Origin: Cladosporium halotolerans
Taxonomy: Eukaryota
Direction of reading: 5' to 3'
DNA: 23,135 bases
Assembly: GCF_011745625.1 (NCBI RefSeq)
Contig: NW_027191458.1
Location: 992,001-1,015,135 of the forward strand
The translations under genes were made by a program, and so were the position numbers. Of the stretch, positions 10,804-22,800 are shown one piece after another; the first letter of the stretch is position 1; each line of letters begins with the position of its first letter. Under the pieces are notes generated by a model. That model saw only the letters and a program-made list of their open reading frames with translations. It had not been told where the DNA came from and ran no database searches.

Positions 10804-12614
10804 TCAAGCAGACGTCTCCCTGGTCTCAACCTCCGGGCGCTTTTCACCAAGATCAATGGTGTCAAGTCCACCAATCTCAGCAGCAAGCTCCTTGGACTTG
10901 GCAGTAGCAGCGGCGCCACCGAGAACAGCATCCTACGCGAAGTTAGCATGGAACAGGACTTGGTCAAATAAGTGTCACTCACCTCGCCGTCGAAATGCTT
11001 CGCAATCTCTTCAAGAGGGGTGTAGCGCGTCTCGATGTAGAAGAAGTAAACCACGACAAGCTCCACGGCAATCCACACATCATAGACGATGTAGTACTTC
11101 CAGTGGATGTGATCGAGGGCGATGGGATTGACGTATTGGTTGCTGTGATTTGGTTAGCATGTCTAGCTGGTCTGGTCACAATGCTGTCATGCCGAGGCTC
11201 GCAAGGTCTTCGCCACCGTCACCGTCACCACCGCCACGCAAGAGAGAGGAAAAGACTCACAAGAACAGTGCAATATCAACCATCAGGAACATCAATGTCA
11301 TACCCTTCGCTCGGATGGAGTAAGGGAGGATCTCCGCGGAGTAACCGACGAGCAATCCTGACCACGCCATATTGTAGAACACGTAGTACAGGAAGATCAT
11401 CGCAACCACAGCGTTTGCAGAGGCCTTGCTTTTGTTGATATCGAATTGAGCGGAGCAAATGGTCCATACGATGAACGTGGCCAGCATACCGGTAGTTGCA
11501 GTGAGGAAGAGCGGACGGCGTCCAATCCTGTCGACGAAGAAGCATTGCCCGGTCGCGACAATGATGTTCAAGATCTGGAGACAGCCATTGATGATGAGCT
11601 GAGTGTTGCTGTCTGTGATGCCGATGCTGTTGAAGATGATGTTCAAGTAGTAAGAGACAAGGCCGTTGCCTGACCATTGCGAGAACAAACCGAGCGACAG
11701 AAGGATGATTAGCCTGTGGCGGTTGCCCTTTGTCTTGACCAGCTCCAACCAGCCGTTGCTCTCGAATTCCTGCTCAAGCTTGATTGTGTCCTTGATCTCT
11801 TGCAGCTCAAGGTGCACGATTTCGGAATCAAGATCACCATTGGCGTGGACCTTGGCAAGCACTTGATGCGCCTTCTCAACCTTGCCGTGAGCAATGAGGA
11901 AACGCGGAGATTCCGGCACAAACCACACGAAAGACATCTGCAAGATGGATGGTAGTGCCTGCACCAACGACGGAACACGCCAGCACCAATTGCTGTTGAT
12001 GTGGTTGGTACCAAAGGTCAGCCAAGCTGCGATGAAGGACCCGATGTACCAAGTGGTGTTGTATATAGTCGTGAAGGTGGCTCGGTGCTGAGGGTGAACA
12101 AGCTCTGTGACAAGAAGCGGCGAAGATCCATGTGCGATTGCAATGCCGAAACCGAGAAAGAAGCGAGCAGCGATGAACATCTTGAGGTTGATCGAAATCG
12201 TCTGCAGAATGACGCCGAGGACCATGATGATGCATCCAATGAAGATTCCCCACCGTCGCCCAAGTAGATCAGCAGTGTAAGGCACAACTGGTAGGGCGAC
12301 TAGAGAGCCGATGGACATGATACAGGCTAGAAGACCGAGGAGGGAACCCTTGGGGTGACCGAAATCTAGTAGGAGTCAATGAAACAAGCTCACAAATTGC
12401 CAAACCGAAGTCTATCCTGGTACTTACAGTCTTGCCAGTAGTCTAGGGATTGGAGACCATTGACCATTGAACCATCGTACCCATTGGTTGCAGAGGTAAG
12501 GACGACGAAGGCCAAGCAGATGTACGTCTTCCTCAATGCTGGGTCCTTGTACCACGTCACCTCGGGAAATTCACGTCCCGCCAGGCGAAATGTGCCTTTC
12601 GTAGGCGCCTCCAT
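10804..12614 (-). CDS. MFS sugar porter, lactose permease/cellodextrin transporter-like; exons 12614-12428, 12365-11261, 11142-10983, 10932-10804 (~526 aa)
   Basis: TSATNGYDGSM, ADLLGRR, PESPRFL, FSQWSGNG, VDRIGRR, EILPYSIRAKG, NQYVNPIAL and ETRYTPLEEI motifs. Three canonical introns give a continuous frame. Confidence 0.9.
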
Positions 12615-13934
12615 TTTGCTTCGATGTTGTAGAGAGTTGTTCGAGGAGTGAGAGGATGGCAAGGAAAAACAGGACGGTGATGGGCCGGAAAGACATCTTT
12701 ATCGGCAAGCGTAGGGGTATCATGCAATGGCTCCTGTTTAACCGGAGTGACTTGAAGGTCGCAGCCACCTATACCACCTAGCGCCAATCGAGCATATTGA
12801 CACGGCAGATAGCAAGTGCTGTCACGCTCGGAAGCAGCAGACTCCATGGGGCGACCCATTGATGCTAAGCTCTAGACCAAGATGCCAACCCGCTCGGTTG
12901 CCGCCTTGACGAGTCTTGTACGCGACTCGTCTACAGCCCCGGGCCTAGTGCACATTGGGGATAGATGCGGTCTCCCCACGCGAGACTGTCCCGTCCCCGG
13001 ATCACTAGACCTGTACCTAGACCAGTGTTTCGGGCGAGAACATGGCGACCTGAGCTCTCAGCCGAGGCTATGGCGCGCGGGCTGCAGGCTAAAAGGGCTT
13101 CAATTTATCCGCCAGCATTGATTGCGACAAGCGAGTGAGATAGCCAGAGAGAAATTCCGTGTGTTCAAATGTGATGAGTGGACGCGTTCTGGCCGTGGAC
13201 GACAAGGAAGGAGGCAGAGCAGGCTGATCGTGCTGGTGGGTCTTCGAAGAGACCATCATCCATGTGGGCCTTCCGGACCCAATTTTGTCCTTCTAGCGGA
13301 CACACCGTTCTCCAACTCCACGTGCGAGAGAAGGAAGGCCATCACACATCTTGACTTGGGCATCCATCTGTCGTATGACTGGCGCTTTAGGCTTCAAGTG
13401 CTTAGCAGAATCTTGTCATACTGGGTTACCTTTCTGAGCGTGCCGCTGCAGGCTCGCATCTCGCTTGATGAGCTTCTTCTGATGAAGCTCTCGTCGACCC
13501 AACCTAAGCAAGCAGCGTGGCTGTTCATGCGGGTAATATTCTATATTGCCGGGTTTCCAGTCCATGCTAGCCACATGAAGCTCGGAAAATTGCTGTGGCT
13601 GTCGGGCGGCACCGCCCTTTTGTGCAACCCCACCCATGCCGGGGCAGTCCGCCAGTGGCAGAGACGCGGTGGAGGTGATGGATTTTGATTCCTTATCCAA
13701 TGTTACTTTTTACATAGATGCAATGTGCTTCGCATCGGAGCTTCCTGGCCTTTTGTGTGATTCATAGAACTTTCCATTCTCCTCCCAATCTCATCAGAGG
13801 CAAATATTGTCCGGGGCCCGGCGTACGTCCCGGTCTGCTGCCATCACATATTTAGCCGCCGCATTCATGTCCACAAGCGTAACGGCAGGGCTGACTCTGG
13901 AAGGCAGCAGCAGTCCTGCAAAGTATCCGACGGC

Positions 13935-15743
13935 TCATGGGCGTCGTACGAACTCTATCTCTTGTTTCGTATCGGGTGTGTATACGAGGACATGGTTGTA
14001 CTGAGGCTCTTGCGGCTTCTGAGCATCGGGTAACTTGAGATCAAGATGAGTGATCGCATGAGCGAGCGCAGTCTTTATAACCGCAACAGCCAGGAATCGA
14101 CCGGGACAAGCATGGGATCCAGCGCCAAATTCAAGGGCTTGAGGGTTTGTCGATACACTGAGGTAGCGTGCACTCTGATCTGGCTGCTCGTTACGCTGGC
14201 GCCACCATCGGAAGCCGTCGAATGGGCGGGCTGCAGTTTCGGGGTCCGCATCGGGGTCGATCGAGGGGACACAGATGTAAGATGACGCCGGCAAGACGGT
14301 ACCGTCGCTGAGATGCAGAGGCCGCAGTGCTTTGCGGTAGACCGACAGCACATTTTGTGAGACGTGACGCGCCGATTCCTTGATGAAGCTGTCCATCTTC
14401 TCCAGTTTCGCCAGCGAGGCAACGGATAGTTCTTCTTGTTCGACCACGGATCGAGCCTGTTGCAGCTCTTCGCGCAGCTCTTGCGTGTATTCCGGGTGGA
14501 CCGCGATGTCAATGAGGGATTGCATGACCTAACAAATCAGTCGGCCTTGTCATTTTCCCCCGACGTATCTGTAGACTCACCGCAAGACCTGTGCTGCGAA
14601 TCCCTGCGAAGTTCAGCTGGATCAATGCGACCACCAGCGCGGATACATCGTCCGGACGACGACCAGCAGAAGTAGACTTTTGGATCCACCATTGAATGAA
14701 GTCCCTCGGTGGAACAAAGCTGTCTTTCCGCATACTCTCAATTCTCGTCTGGCAAGGTCAGAATGGATACTGTTGACGGTCTGCTGGCGGGGATTCTTCA
14801 TCCTACCTACCTTGACTAGAGGTCGGATTTTGTCCTCCATTCTTCGCACGTTGGCCTTCACATCACGAGGGCCTTTCATGAAATTCGCAGCGATGGGACG
14901 AAGCCAGACTGGTACACGCATAAGAGACCCGGCTACGCCGACCGAGCTCAAGCCAAGGTCAACGCAGGCCGCTTTCTACCACTCTAGTCAGCGGGCAGTT
15001 CGAAACATAGTCTAAAGGATCGAGGAATAGATATACCCATTCTGGATCCTTTGCCAGATCTTCCCCGACAAAAATACGCTGATAGAGAGAGAAACAAAGT
15101 GCGATGCAGAAGTCGTGAACGCCAACCGTAGATTTGCCTGCAACTCAGAATTAGTCAGTTGCCAGACCTGGCGTAGAGCACTTAAAACACACCATTCTCG
15201 GTGTCGGGGAGAACATGGGCTTCGAAATGGGCGGAAATGTCCTTCTGAATGGCAGGCAGATAGAAAGAAATCTGTTTCGTCAATTCTGACCGGACGTAAG
15301 CAACAACCCAGCTGTAAGGCCCATCTGATCGTCCAGACTATTAGTGAGACAAGCTCAAGAAGTTACATCGATGGAAGGCAGCACGCACCAGGATCATCGG
15401 GCGTCAGAGATCCGATGTAGGTCCATCGACCTAACAGCCGCTCTTGAAGGTCAGTGTTCGAGCTGATCTGATTATCGGGTTTCCAGACGTATTCGTTGAT
15501 GTACTTGTGTGGTAACACATATATTCTGCGGAATGGTAGGCGCAGCCGGTAGATAGTTTGCCGTACTTGAGACCATTGCTTTTTGACGACATCTTGTAGG
15601 ACTTCGGCACTTTCGCCGCCAAACTCTGGGATCTTGGATTGAGCTGGCCGTCGCCAGACCACGGCAGCGAAGGTAAGAAGCCAGATTGTAACCCCAATGG
15701 CCACATACTTTTCTGCCAGATGATCAAGGAAGATTTGGCTCAT
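13935..15743 (-). CDS. Cytochrome P450 monooxygenase, secondary-metabolism type; exons 15743-15389, 15324-15193, 15137-15037, 14975-14811, 14748-14581, 14528-13935 (~504 aa)
   Basis: N-terminal membrane anchor; RIFVGEDLAKDPEW; I-helix LNFAGIRST; KMDSFIKESAR (ExxR); FDGFRW; heme motif FGAGSHACPGRF. Five GT-AG introns; exon lengths sum to 1515 nt in frame. Confidence 0.92.
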
Positions 15744-16462
15744 GTTATCGGTGGTTGTACAGCGTATTCGTCGGTATTGCGATTACCATTGCTCACTGAA
15801 TCTACATATAATATGGAAGCCTCTAGTATTGCTCATTACCTGGCTGAAGACAAGAATCAGCTATGCTTTCAAGATCACGGACCGAAGCCTATTCGACGGA
15901 TCATGCTAGCGGAGGCGTAAGCGAGTCTCGGGGCAGAGATTGGCAGCGCTTCAGCCGCAAACTCAAGTCATCATTTCAGCTCCGCTACACTAGTGGGATC
16001 GCTCCGCTAGCACAAGCCCAATCTCAAAGTAGAGAGACGCAACTGATCTTCGCCTATAGAGCGTTGCCTGCTTGTCCGCAATGATCGGGCGTCCCATCCC
16101 GCAAACCGAATCCTTCCTGACTGTCTGGCTCTGGCGGTTGACTCATGAACTCCGCCAAATGCGCCTTGCTCAACCATTTCGTGCAGATCGTTGCAGCTCG
16201 AGTCAATCAACATGTCCGCTCGATACATTCAGCTCGCTCGCAAATGCTCGAATGCTCCCTCTGGGCAGGTCTCTGGGGATCAGCTTCTGCAGAGCTTGGG
16301 TTACATTCTCCCCACGCGCCACGGTCGTCATCCCGTCCTCGCGCTAATCGAAATCAGATTATGCTGTGGAACAGCAAAGTAGTTCTGTGCTAGTTGAAGC
16401 ACATTCTATAGACTGATACGTGTGCCATGTCTCAGCTATCTCGATGTACTCCCAAATTCTTC

Positions 16463-18100
16463 TCACGAGCTCTCAATCGAAAGACCAAAAGACGTTACCA
16501 ATTGCAAAGTAGCCACAATGCACTGAAAGACGAACTGGGGGATTGATTAGTGATAGACTAAACTTGAGCCGAGGCCAACTTACCAAGATGTTTTGATCGA
16601 ACGGTGCCTTCAGCCCGTTTAATAAGCCCCAAGACCATAAAGCGCCCGCAACAGTTGGACCGACGGCTCTGCTCGCCGAAATCGCGGCTTGTGCAAATGA
16701 CACAGTGATGCCGCGATGGTTGGGCGGAGCGGACAGCGTAAGCTTGAATAAGAAACATATTAGCAAAGATCGAGTTCTGATCTCAACAAGCGGAGCTCTC
16801 ACCAGTATTGCCACACTCGTGTAACCGATCACGACGGCCGCGATACGCATTCCGAGTAGAAGGTAGAGGCAGCTCCACTGAAGCAATGATTTGTTGGGCA
16901 GTTCAAGAACGAAGCCGAATGAGATGTATACGACCAAGAAGAGAATAGAAGATATTCTCCACAGGGTCGCGTACGTCAGCCGTTGCGAAAGCATCGGGTA
17001 GCCTACGAATTGTACAGTGAGCACAATCGGGCCGAGGAAGAGAAGAGTTCTTGCGATGTCGCTTGAGGTAAATCCCAGGCCGATAGGTAATTTGGTCGCT
17101 GCTATTGCGGGATACATCTCGTCAAAAGAGATAGCGTGGAGGGCGATGATTCTGTGATCAAGTTAGAACAGGCAGCGTCAACACCCTAAGACGTGTAACT
17201 AACGCATGGCCGCCTATAAGTAGAACGAGGCTGCGAGTACGCTTTGGTGCCGACTTCAAGGTCGCCTCATCACCTCTTGGAGCGATGAGAGGGGTCTCCT
17301 CGTCTTCAGTTCTTGCGAGCTCTCGAGACGGCTTCGATATATCCAGATTAGTCTCCTCCAAATAGGGAATGCAAAGGACTACGACAATGATGTTGTAGCA
17401 TGCACTGATAGCGCAGGGAAGTAGATATGGATATTGAGCAAAAATCCCAGCCGGCCCCGTGAAGCCGTACTTCTCTGTGGGTTGACACAGGAAGCCGCCT
17501 AGAAGAGGCCCCAAGAGGGTACCCATCGCTGTACAAAGCCCAAATATCGAGAACGCGCGACCTTGGTGGATACCATTGTTGGCTGCAAACTCTCCCACTG
17601 ACGTTCTGGAGACACCAGCGTTGCCTAGCATAAAAAGCGTTAAGCCAGGACCAGGACGATGAACTGGTATTCTCCGTACCATTGAAAAACCCACAGAGGG
17701 CTCGGGATATTATGGCCATCGTCAAGTTTCCAGAGATGCCATAAAGTACAGTACACACCGCGGAGCCGACGAGACCGAACAAGAGAACCGGCTTGCGTCC
17801 GAGGCGGTCACTGACGGCGCCATACAACGGTGCAGTAAAGACCTGGGCTACGAAGAATGCGGACGCTGTTAAGGCAGTGTCAGCCGATTCAAGTGGTGAA
17901 TGGAGGTCGTGTGGTGCTATGGTCTTACTGATAACGCCACACCAGAAGGCGACAGAGCGTTCGTTCACAGCTGGAAAATCGCGGACCATGAAGACCACAA
18001 ACGACAGAAGCATAGTCGCGGCCAATGGTTCGGCGAGCACCACCAAGCCGGTGAAAAAGAGCGCTCGCCTGACAGCGAGGCTCTGAGAATCACTCGCCAT
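16463..18100 (-). CDS. MFS transporter (drug:H+ antiporter-like, probable cluster exporter); exons 18100-17929, 17865-17680, 17624-17204, 17151-16803, 16742-16584, 16534-16463 (~452 aa)
   Basis: LAEPL, motif A GAVSDRLGRKPVLL, NGNAGV, GTLLGPLLGG (motif C-like), YPYLLPC, LEET, EETPLI and RAVGP. Many hydrophobic helices. Exon lengths sum to 1359 nt in frame. Confidence 0.88.
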
Positions 18101-18576
18101 TGCTGAAGAATATGGTCCTCTTAGCCCGACTTGTGATGGTTTGTGTATGCATCGCTGGGCGATGGCGAGATGAGCTTATATGACCACGCCAGCCATCGCT
18201 CGTCCCATCGCTTCCCAAGACTATGGGCTTCAGAAGTCATGTTGAGATGCATTCTCCGGATCGAACACAGTGGGATGGAGCAGCAATGACACGGACGTGG
18301 ACGTAAGGAATGTTGCATTCGGTAATAATAATGGTCCGTCGCACTAGCGGAGCGGAGGCGAGGGCGGACCGCCCGCATCGACTTCCCTGCTTCCACCGCA
18401 GGGGCCCACTTTTCCAATCCTTCCCCTTCGCTTCTCTACACTCGCCGTCTCTATGCATCATCGTCATCTCCGTCCGCATCTTCAGGTCCACCGCGTTAGG
18501 ACTCTTTGGCAGCCTCTACCACTATGCAGCTAGCTCCATTCCTCCAGTCAGGCGTGCAGGACCCGGACTCCCTCTC

Positions 18577-19354
18577 TCATCCCACCCAAGGCAGCGCTAG
18601 CGGCGTCTGCGTCCCACCGGCCTTCGAGATGGTTGCCTCTCCGCAGACGTCAGAGAGCTCGAATGGCAGCTCGATCTTCCGCGTGGCCTGCACGTGGCGG
18701 AGCATGCGCAACGCCTTGCGGCATTCCGCCTCTGTCTCTTCGTTGAAGCTCAGAGGTCGCGCGGTGCCCACCGCCAGAGCCCCACCCTCGCCGTCGAAGT
18801 AGCCCAGGTGGAAACGCCCTGCGTTGTCAGACAAGGAGTTCACTGTCTGGAAGACGTAATCCTCCTCGAAGAAAGGCTGCTTAGGCTTCGGCACATTGTC
18901 CCAGTTCACCATGTGTGCGTGACACTTGGTGGTTGTGCACTCAATCTTGGATGTCGTGTACTCGAACCAGTCAAATTGCTAACGCTGGTGTCAGTGAGTG
19001 AGTCTCAAAAATGGTGCTTGAGGATGACCAATTACCTCGTTGTCTGGATGGCAAGGGGTAGAGTCCGCATCTGCACTTGCCGGTAGCCACCTGAAAGAGT
19101 GAGTCTATGTCCATGGAAAGCGCCCCACTTACTCACCATCCGAAGCTGATGTATCCAGTCTGACCGAAGTAGCAGTAGAAGTTTGCTGCAGTGGCTGTGT
19201 GATTGGCTGCTTCATGGTGGCTGTAATCGGGACGCAGGATGAGCGACGTTCCGTGGAACAAAAGTTTCTGAGTCCAGTCCTCCGCAAGGGATCGCTGAGA
19301 CAAAAGTGCTAGCATCGCAACGAGCATCATCTTGGTCCTGCTGCCGATCGCCAT
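18577..19354 (-). CDS. Small secreted Cys-containing hypothetical protein, possibly lipocalin/calycin-like; exons 19354-19137, 19090-19036, 18978-18577 (~224 aa)
   Basis: Introns 19136-19091 (GTGAGT..CAG) and 19035-18979 (GTAATT..CTGAC..TAG) join three fragments into one 675-nt frame. Signal-like MMLVAMLALLSQRSLA, 6 Cys, one NHT sequon. Start could instead be the ATG at 19330. Confidence 0.75.
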
Positions 19355-19809
19355 TTCGGGTAAGTCCTGTTGCTTGTGCACGCCATTCTGTGGCCACGAA
19401 AGGAAACACATGTCTTATAGCAGTACAATTCCTCCGGGAAATGTCAATCTGGGAGCTGAAAATGCGGTCTTCGAATGGCATTGCGCCACTCCGCAAGGTG
19501 CCTCTAGCGTCGCCGCAATCTCATACCAAGCATACACGAGACGCAGGTGAATCACACTAGCGGTTCCTGCAGTGCTTACATGCGGGCTGGGGATGATGAT
19601 CATGCGGCTTTCGCCTCGCTCTCAGCTGCGGACTGAATTGGATCTTGCGGAGCAATACGACATCTCGGACCGCGCAGATCGTAGAGACAATGTCGATGAA
19701 TTGAGAGGTAAGTAAAGACGACAGGTATATCACAATGCTTCGAGATCATAAGCATCATCGTCAAAGCAAAGGTAACAGCACAGAGTCGTTCTTTTGCAAT
19801 CATTCGACT

Positions 19810-22800
19810 ATGTCTATCTCAGGAGAAGAAATCGCCATCATCGGCACGTCTTGCCGTGTTGCCGGTGCAGAAAGCCCTTCTGAGCTGTGGCGATCAATGG
19901 TAGCAGGCGAAGACTGGCAATTCAACACGAGCGCTCGATTCTCAGGGTATTACGACGAAGTAAACGGCAAGACAAAAGGTTTGACGAATGTACGCCACGC
20001 CTACCTGTTGAAAAACGGTATCGACCGCTTCGACAACTCTTTCTTCGGCATTGCTCCAATTGAAGCTGCCGCCATCGATCCTCAGCAAAGACTGCTCTTG
20101 GAGATCTGCTGGGAGGCGTTTGAAAGCGCCGGAATTCCATTGGATAAACTTCAGGGGTCAGATACCGCTGTCTTTGCGGGTCTCTTCACAAGCGACTATG
20201 GCACAAGTCTACTGCGGGATGTTGACACGACTCCAAAGTATCATTCAACGGGAACCTCAAACTCGATTGCGGCGAATCGCATCAGCTACTTCTTCAATCT
20301 CCATGGACCATCTATGGTTATTGACACTGCGTGCTCATCGACCGTGACAGCGTTGCACCAAGCGATCAACACCCTCAAAGCTGGCGAGGCGGAGCAAGCC
20401 GTGGTGTGTGGAGCGAACCTCATCCTCAACCCTGACATGTTTGTCACGATGAGCGAACTTGGGTTTCTCAGTCCTCGCGGACGTTGTCACTCCTTCGACG
20501 CTTCTGGTGACGGCTACGCTCGCGGAGAAGGTGTGATGGCGATTGTCTTGAAGCCTCTGAAGAAGGCAATCGCAGACAACGATCCCATTAGGGCGGTCAT
20601 CCGTGGCTCCAGACTCAACCAAGACGGGAGAACCAACGGCATTACACTACCTTCGGGCGAGGCACAAGAAGAGAACATCCGCAAGTTGTACGCCAGTATT
20701 GGCGTGATCCCCGATGACCTGGATTATCTGGAAGCCCATGGGACAGGAACCAAAGTAGGAGATCCGATTGAGATGAACGCTATCGAAAGGGTCTTTGCAA
20801 ACGAAAAGCGCGGGCAGAAACTAATCGCCGGTTCCGTAAAGTGCCACGTTGGCCACCTTGAAGCCTGCGCCGCTCTGATCGGCATCATCAAGACAATAGA
20901 GTGCCTGGAACGTGGCGTTGTGCCTGCTCAGCTTCACCTTTCTGAGCCGAATCCCAAGATCAACTTCGAGGAGCTCAAGATCCCAACTTCAACCATTCCT
21001 TGGCCCGCGAGGGAGGGCCGCGCACGCATGGCTGGCATTAACTCTTTCGGTTTCGGTGGAGCGAATGGTCACGTTGTTCTTCAACAATACATGCGCACAC
21101 ATGAGCCAGACACTGCGCCTCTAGTAAAGCACTTCCTCGTCAAAGTCTCTGCAGAGACTGAATCTGCTCTCACTCGAAGCAGGGAAGATCTGGCCACTTA
21201 TCTTTCAGACCCAAGCGTCCAGATCGGCGACGTGTCGTACACCTCCATCCTGCGCAGGTCACTCTTGCGAAAGTCCCAGTTCTTCGTGGCTTCATCCACC
21301 ACGGATCTGGTCCAGCAATTACGCCCGGAGACTAACACCAACCTGCCTGCTGTCATAACATCTCAAGGCACCCAAGGTCATAAACGCATTGCTTTTGTGC
21401 TCACCGGACAAGGAGCTCAATGGGCGCAGATGGGCAAGGAGCTTCTGAATCACTGCGCAAGGTTTTCATCCGTCATCGATGAGTGTGACCGCATTCTGTC
21501 CCAATTGCCAGACCCGCCGTCATGGACGCTGCGTAATGAGCTTTGTCTCTTGCCCTCCAAGTCGAACGTCAACAGCTCGCGCTACTCCCAACCACTCTGC
21601 ACGGCGTTACAGCTTGGCCTGATCAGCTTCTGGCAAATTCTGGGCATCCAACCTGTAGCGTGCGTGGGGCATTCCTCTGGCGAGATCTCTGGAGCGTATG
21701 CGGCGGGCATACTGACGCTCAAAGATGCCATCATCATCGCTTACTACCGCGGCATCTTTATGAGTGCTGCCTCAGCCGCGAAGCCGGGTGCCATGGCTGC
21801 AATTTCAATGAGCGCCGAGGAGTGCATACGAATGCTAAGCGCCTACGATGGCAAGGTAGACCTCGCGGCTGTGAATTCGCCGTCCAGTTGCACTATCTCT
21901 GGCGATGGCTCCTGCATTGACGAAATCGTGGCGAGATTCAAGGAAGAAGGCGTCTTCTGTCGCAAGCTACGTGTCGACACTGCGTTTCACTCGCATCATA
22001 TGTTGCCTCTGGCTGGGCCATACAAGAACGCGCTGGAGAAGGCCGGAGTGTCACCCATACGAACTGCGAACTCTGGGGCACACACAACCATGCACTCTTC
22101 CGTGTACGGACGCCCCGTGGATGCGGCAGAAGTGACTCCAGAGTATTGGGCAAAGAATATGACCCAGACTGTCCGATTCTGTGACGCCGTTGCAAGTCTG
22201 GCAAAGCTAGAGAATGTAGATGCTTACCTAGAGGTCGGACCACACCCCGCACTGAAAGGCCCTGCCATCGACAGTATCACCAACGCCATTGGACAAGGTA
22301 ACACGCCAGAATACTTCAGCACCTTGACCAGGGGAGTCCACGACACTTTGGCGCTGTTCTCATCAGTTGGCGCCATGATCTCAGCTCGGATACCCATGGC
22401 GATAGAAGGCGACGGTGCCGGTGCACTTGGACTGTCGCACACGAAGCATCGGGTTCTAGTCGATTATCCTTGCTACCCCTGGGATCACTCCACCGTCCAT
22501 TGGGCCGAGAGTCGTATTTCACGGACTCATCGTTTCAGACAGCATCGCCGTGATTTGATCCTTGGCTCAAGAGTACCTCACGACAACCCCCTTGCGATGT
22601 GTTGGAGGAACATTTTGAGAACCGACGAGTTGCAGTGGCTGGATAAGCGAAGCAATGCAGGTGAGTCATTGCTATCGCCATCGCTTTTCCTCCAGATCGC
22701 AATCAGAGCAAGCCTGCAAATCATAGGTGATCATGCGGACGACACACAAATCATCCAGCTCTCTGGCATACAATTCCACCAGCCGCCTCAACCAGTCTCT

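Noticed and set aside
11211..11250. CACCGT/CACCGC and AG micro-repeats
   Set aside because: Ordinary low-complexity sequence within intron 2 of the sugar porter.
8432..12614. GT34 and the sugar porter as members of the PKS cluster (glycosylated polyketide idea)
   Set aside because: GT34 is a Golgi-type enzyme separated from the cluster by MND1, and nothing in the sequence links either gene to the PKS.
13122..13700. 188-aa plus-strand and 94-aa minus-strand ORFs between the sugar porter and the P450
   Set aside because: Non-ATG starts, no recognisable motifs and no convincing splice structure; probably intergenic.
15863..16393. Short overlapping ORFs between the P450 and the MFS gene
   Set aside because: No recognisable domain or consistent exon chain. 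A tiny gene cannot be fully excluded.
22661..22695. Intron-like GTGAGT...TTTTCCTCCAG inside the PKS DH motif
   Set aside because: It is only 35 nt, has no CTRAC branch point and would shift the frame. Read-through aligns without gaps to the DH motif.
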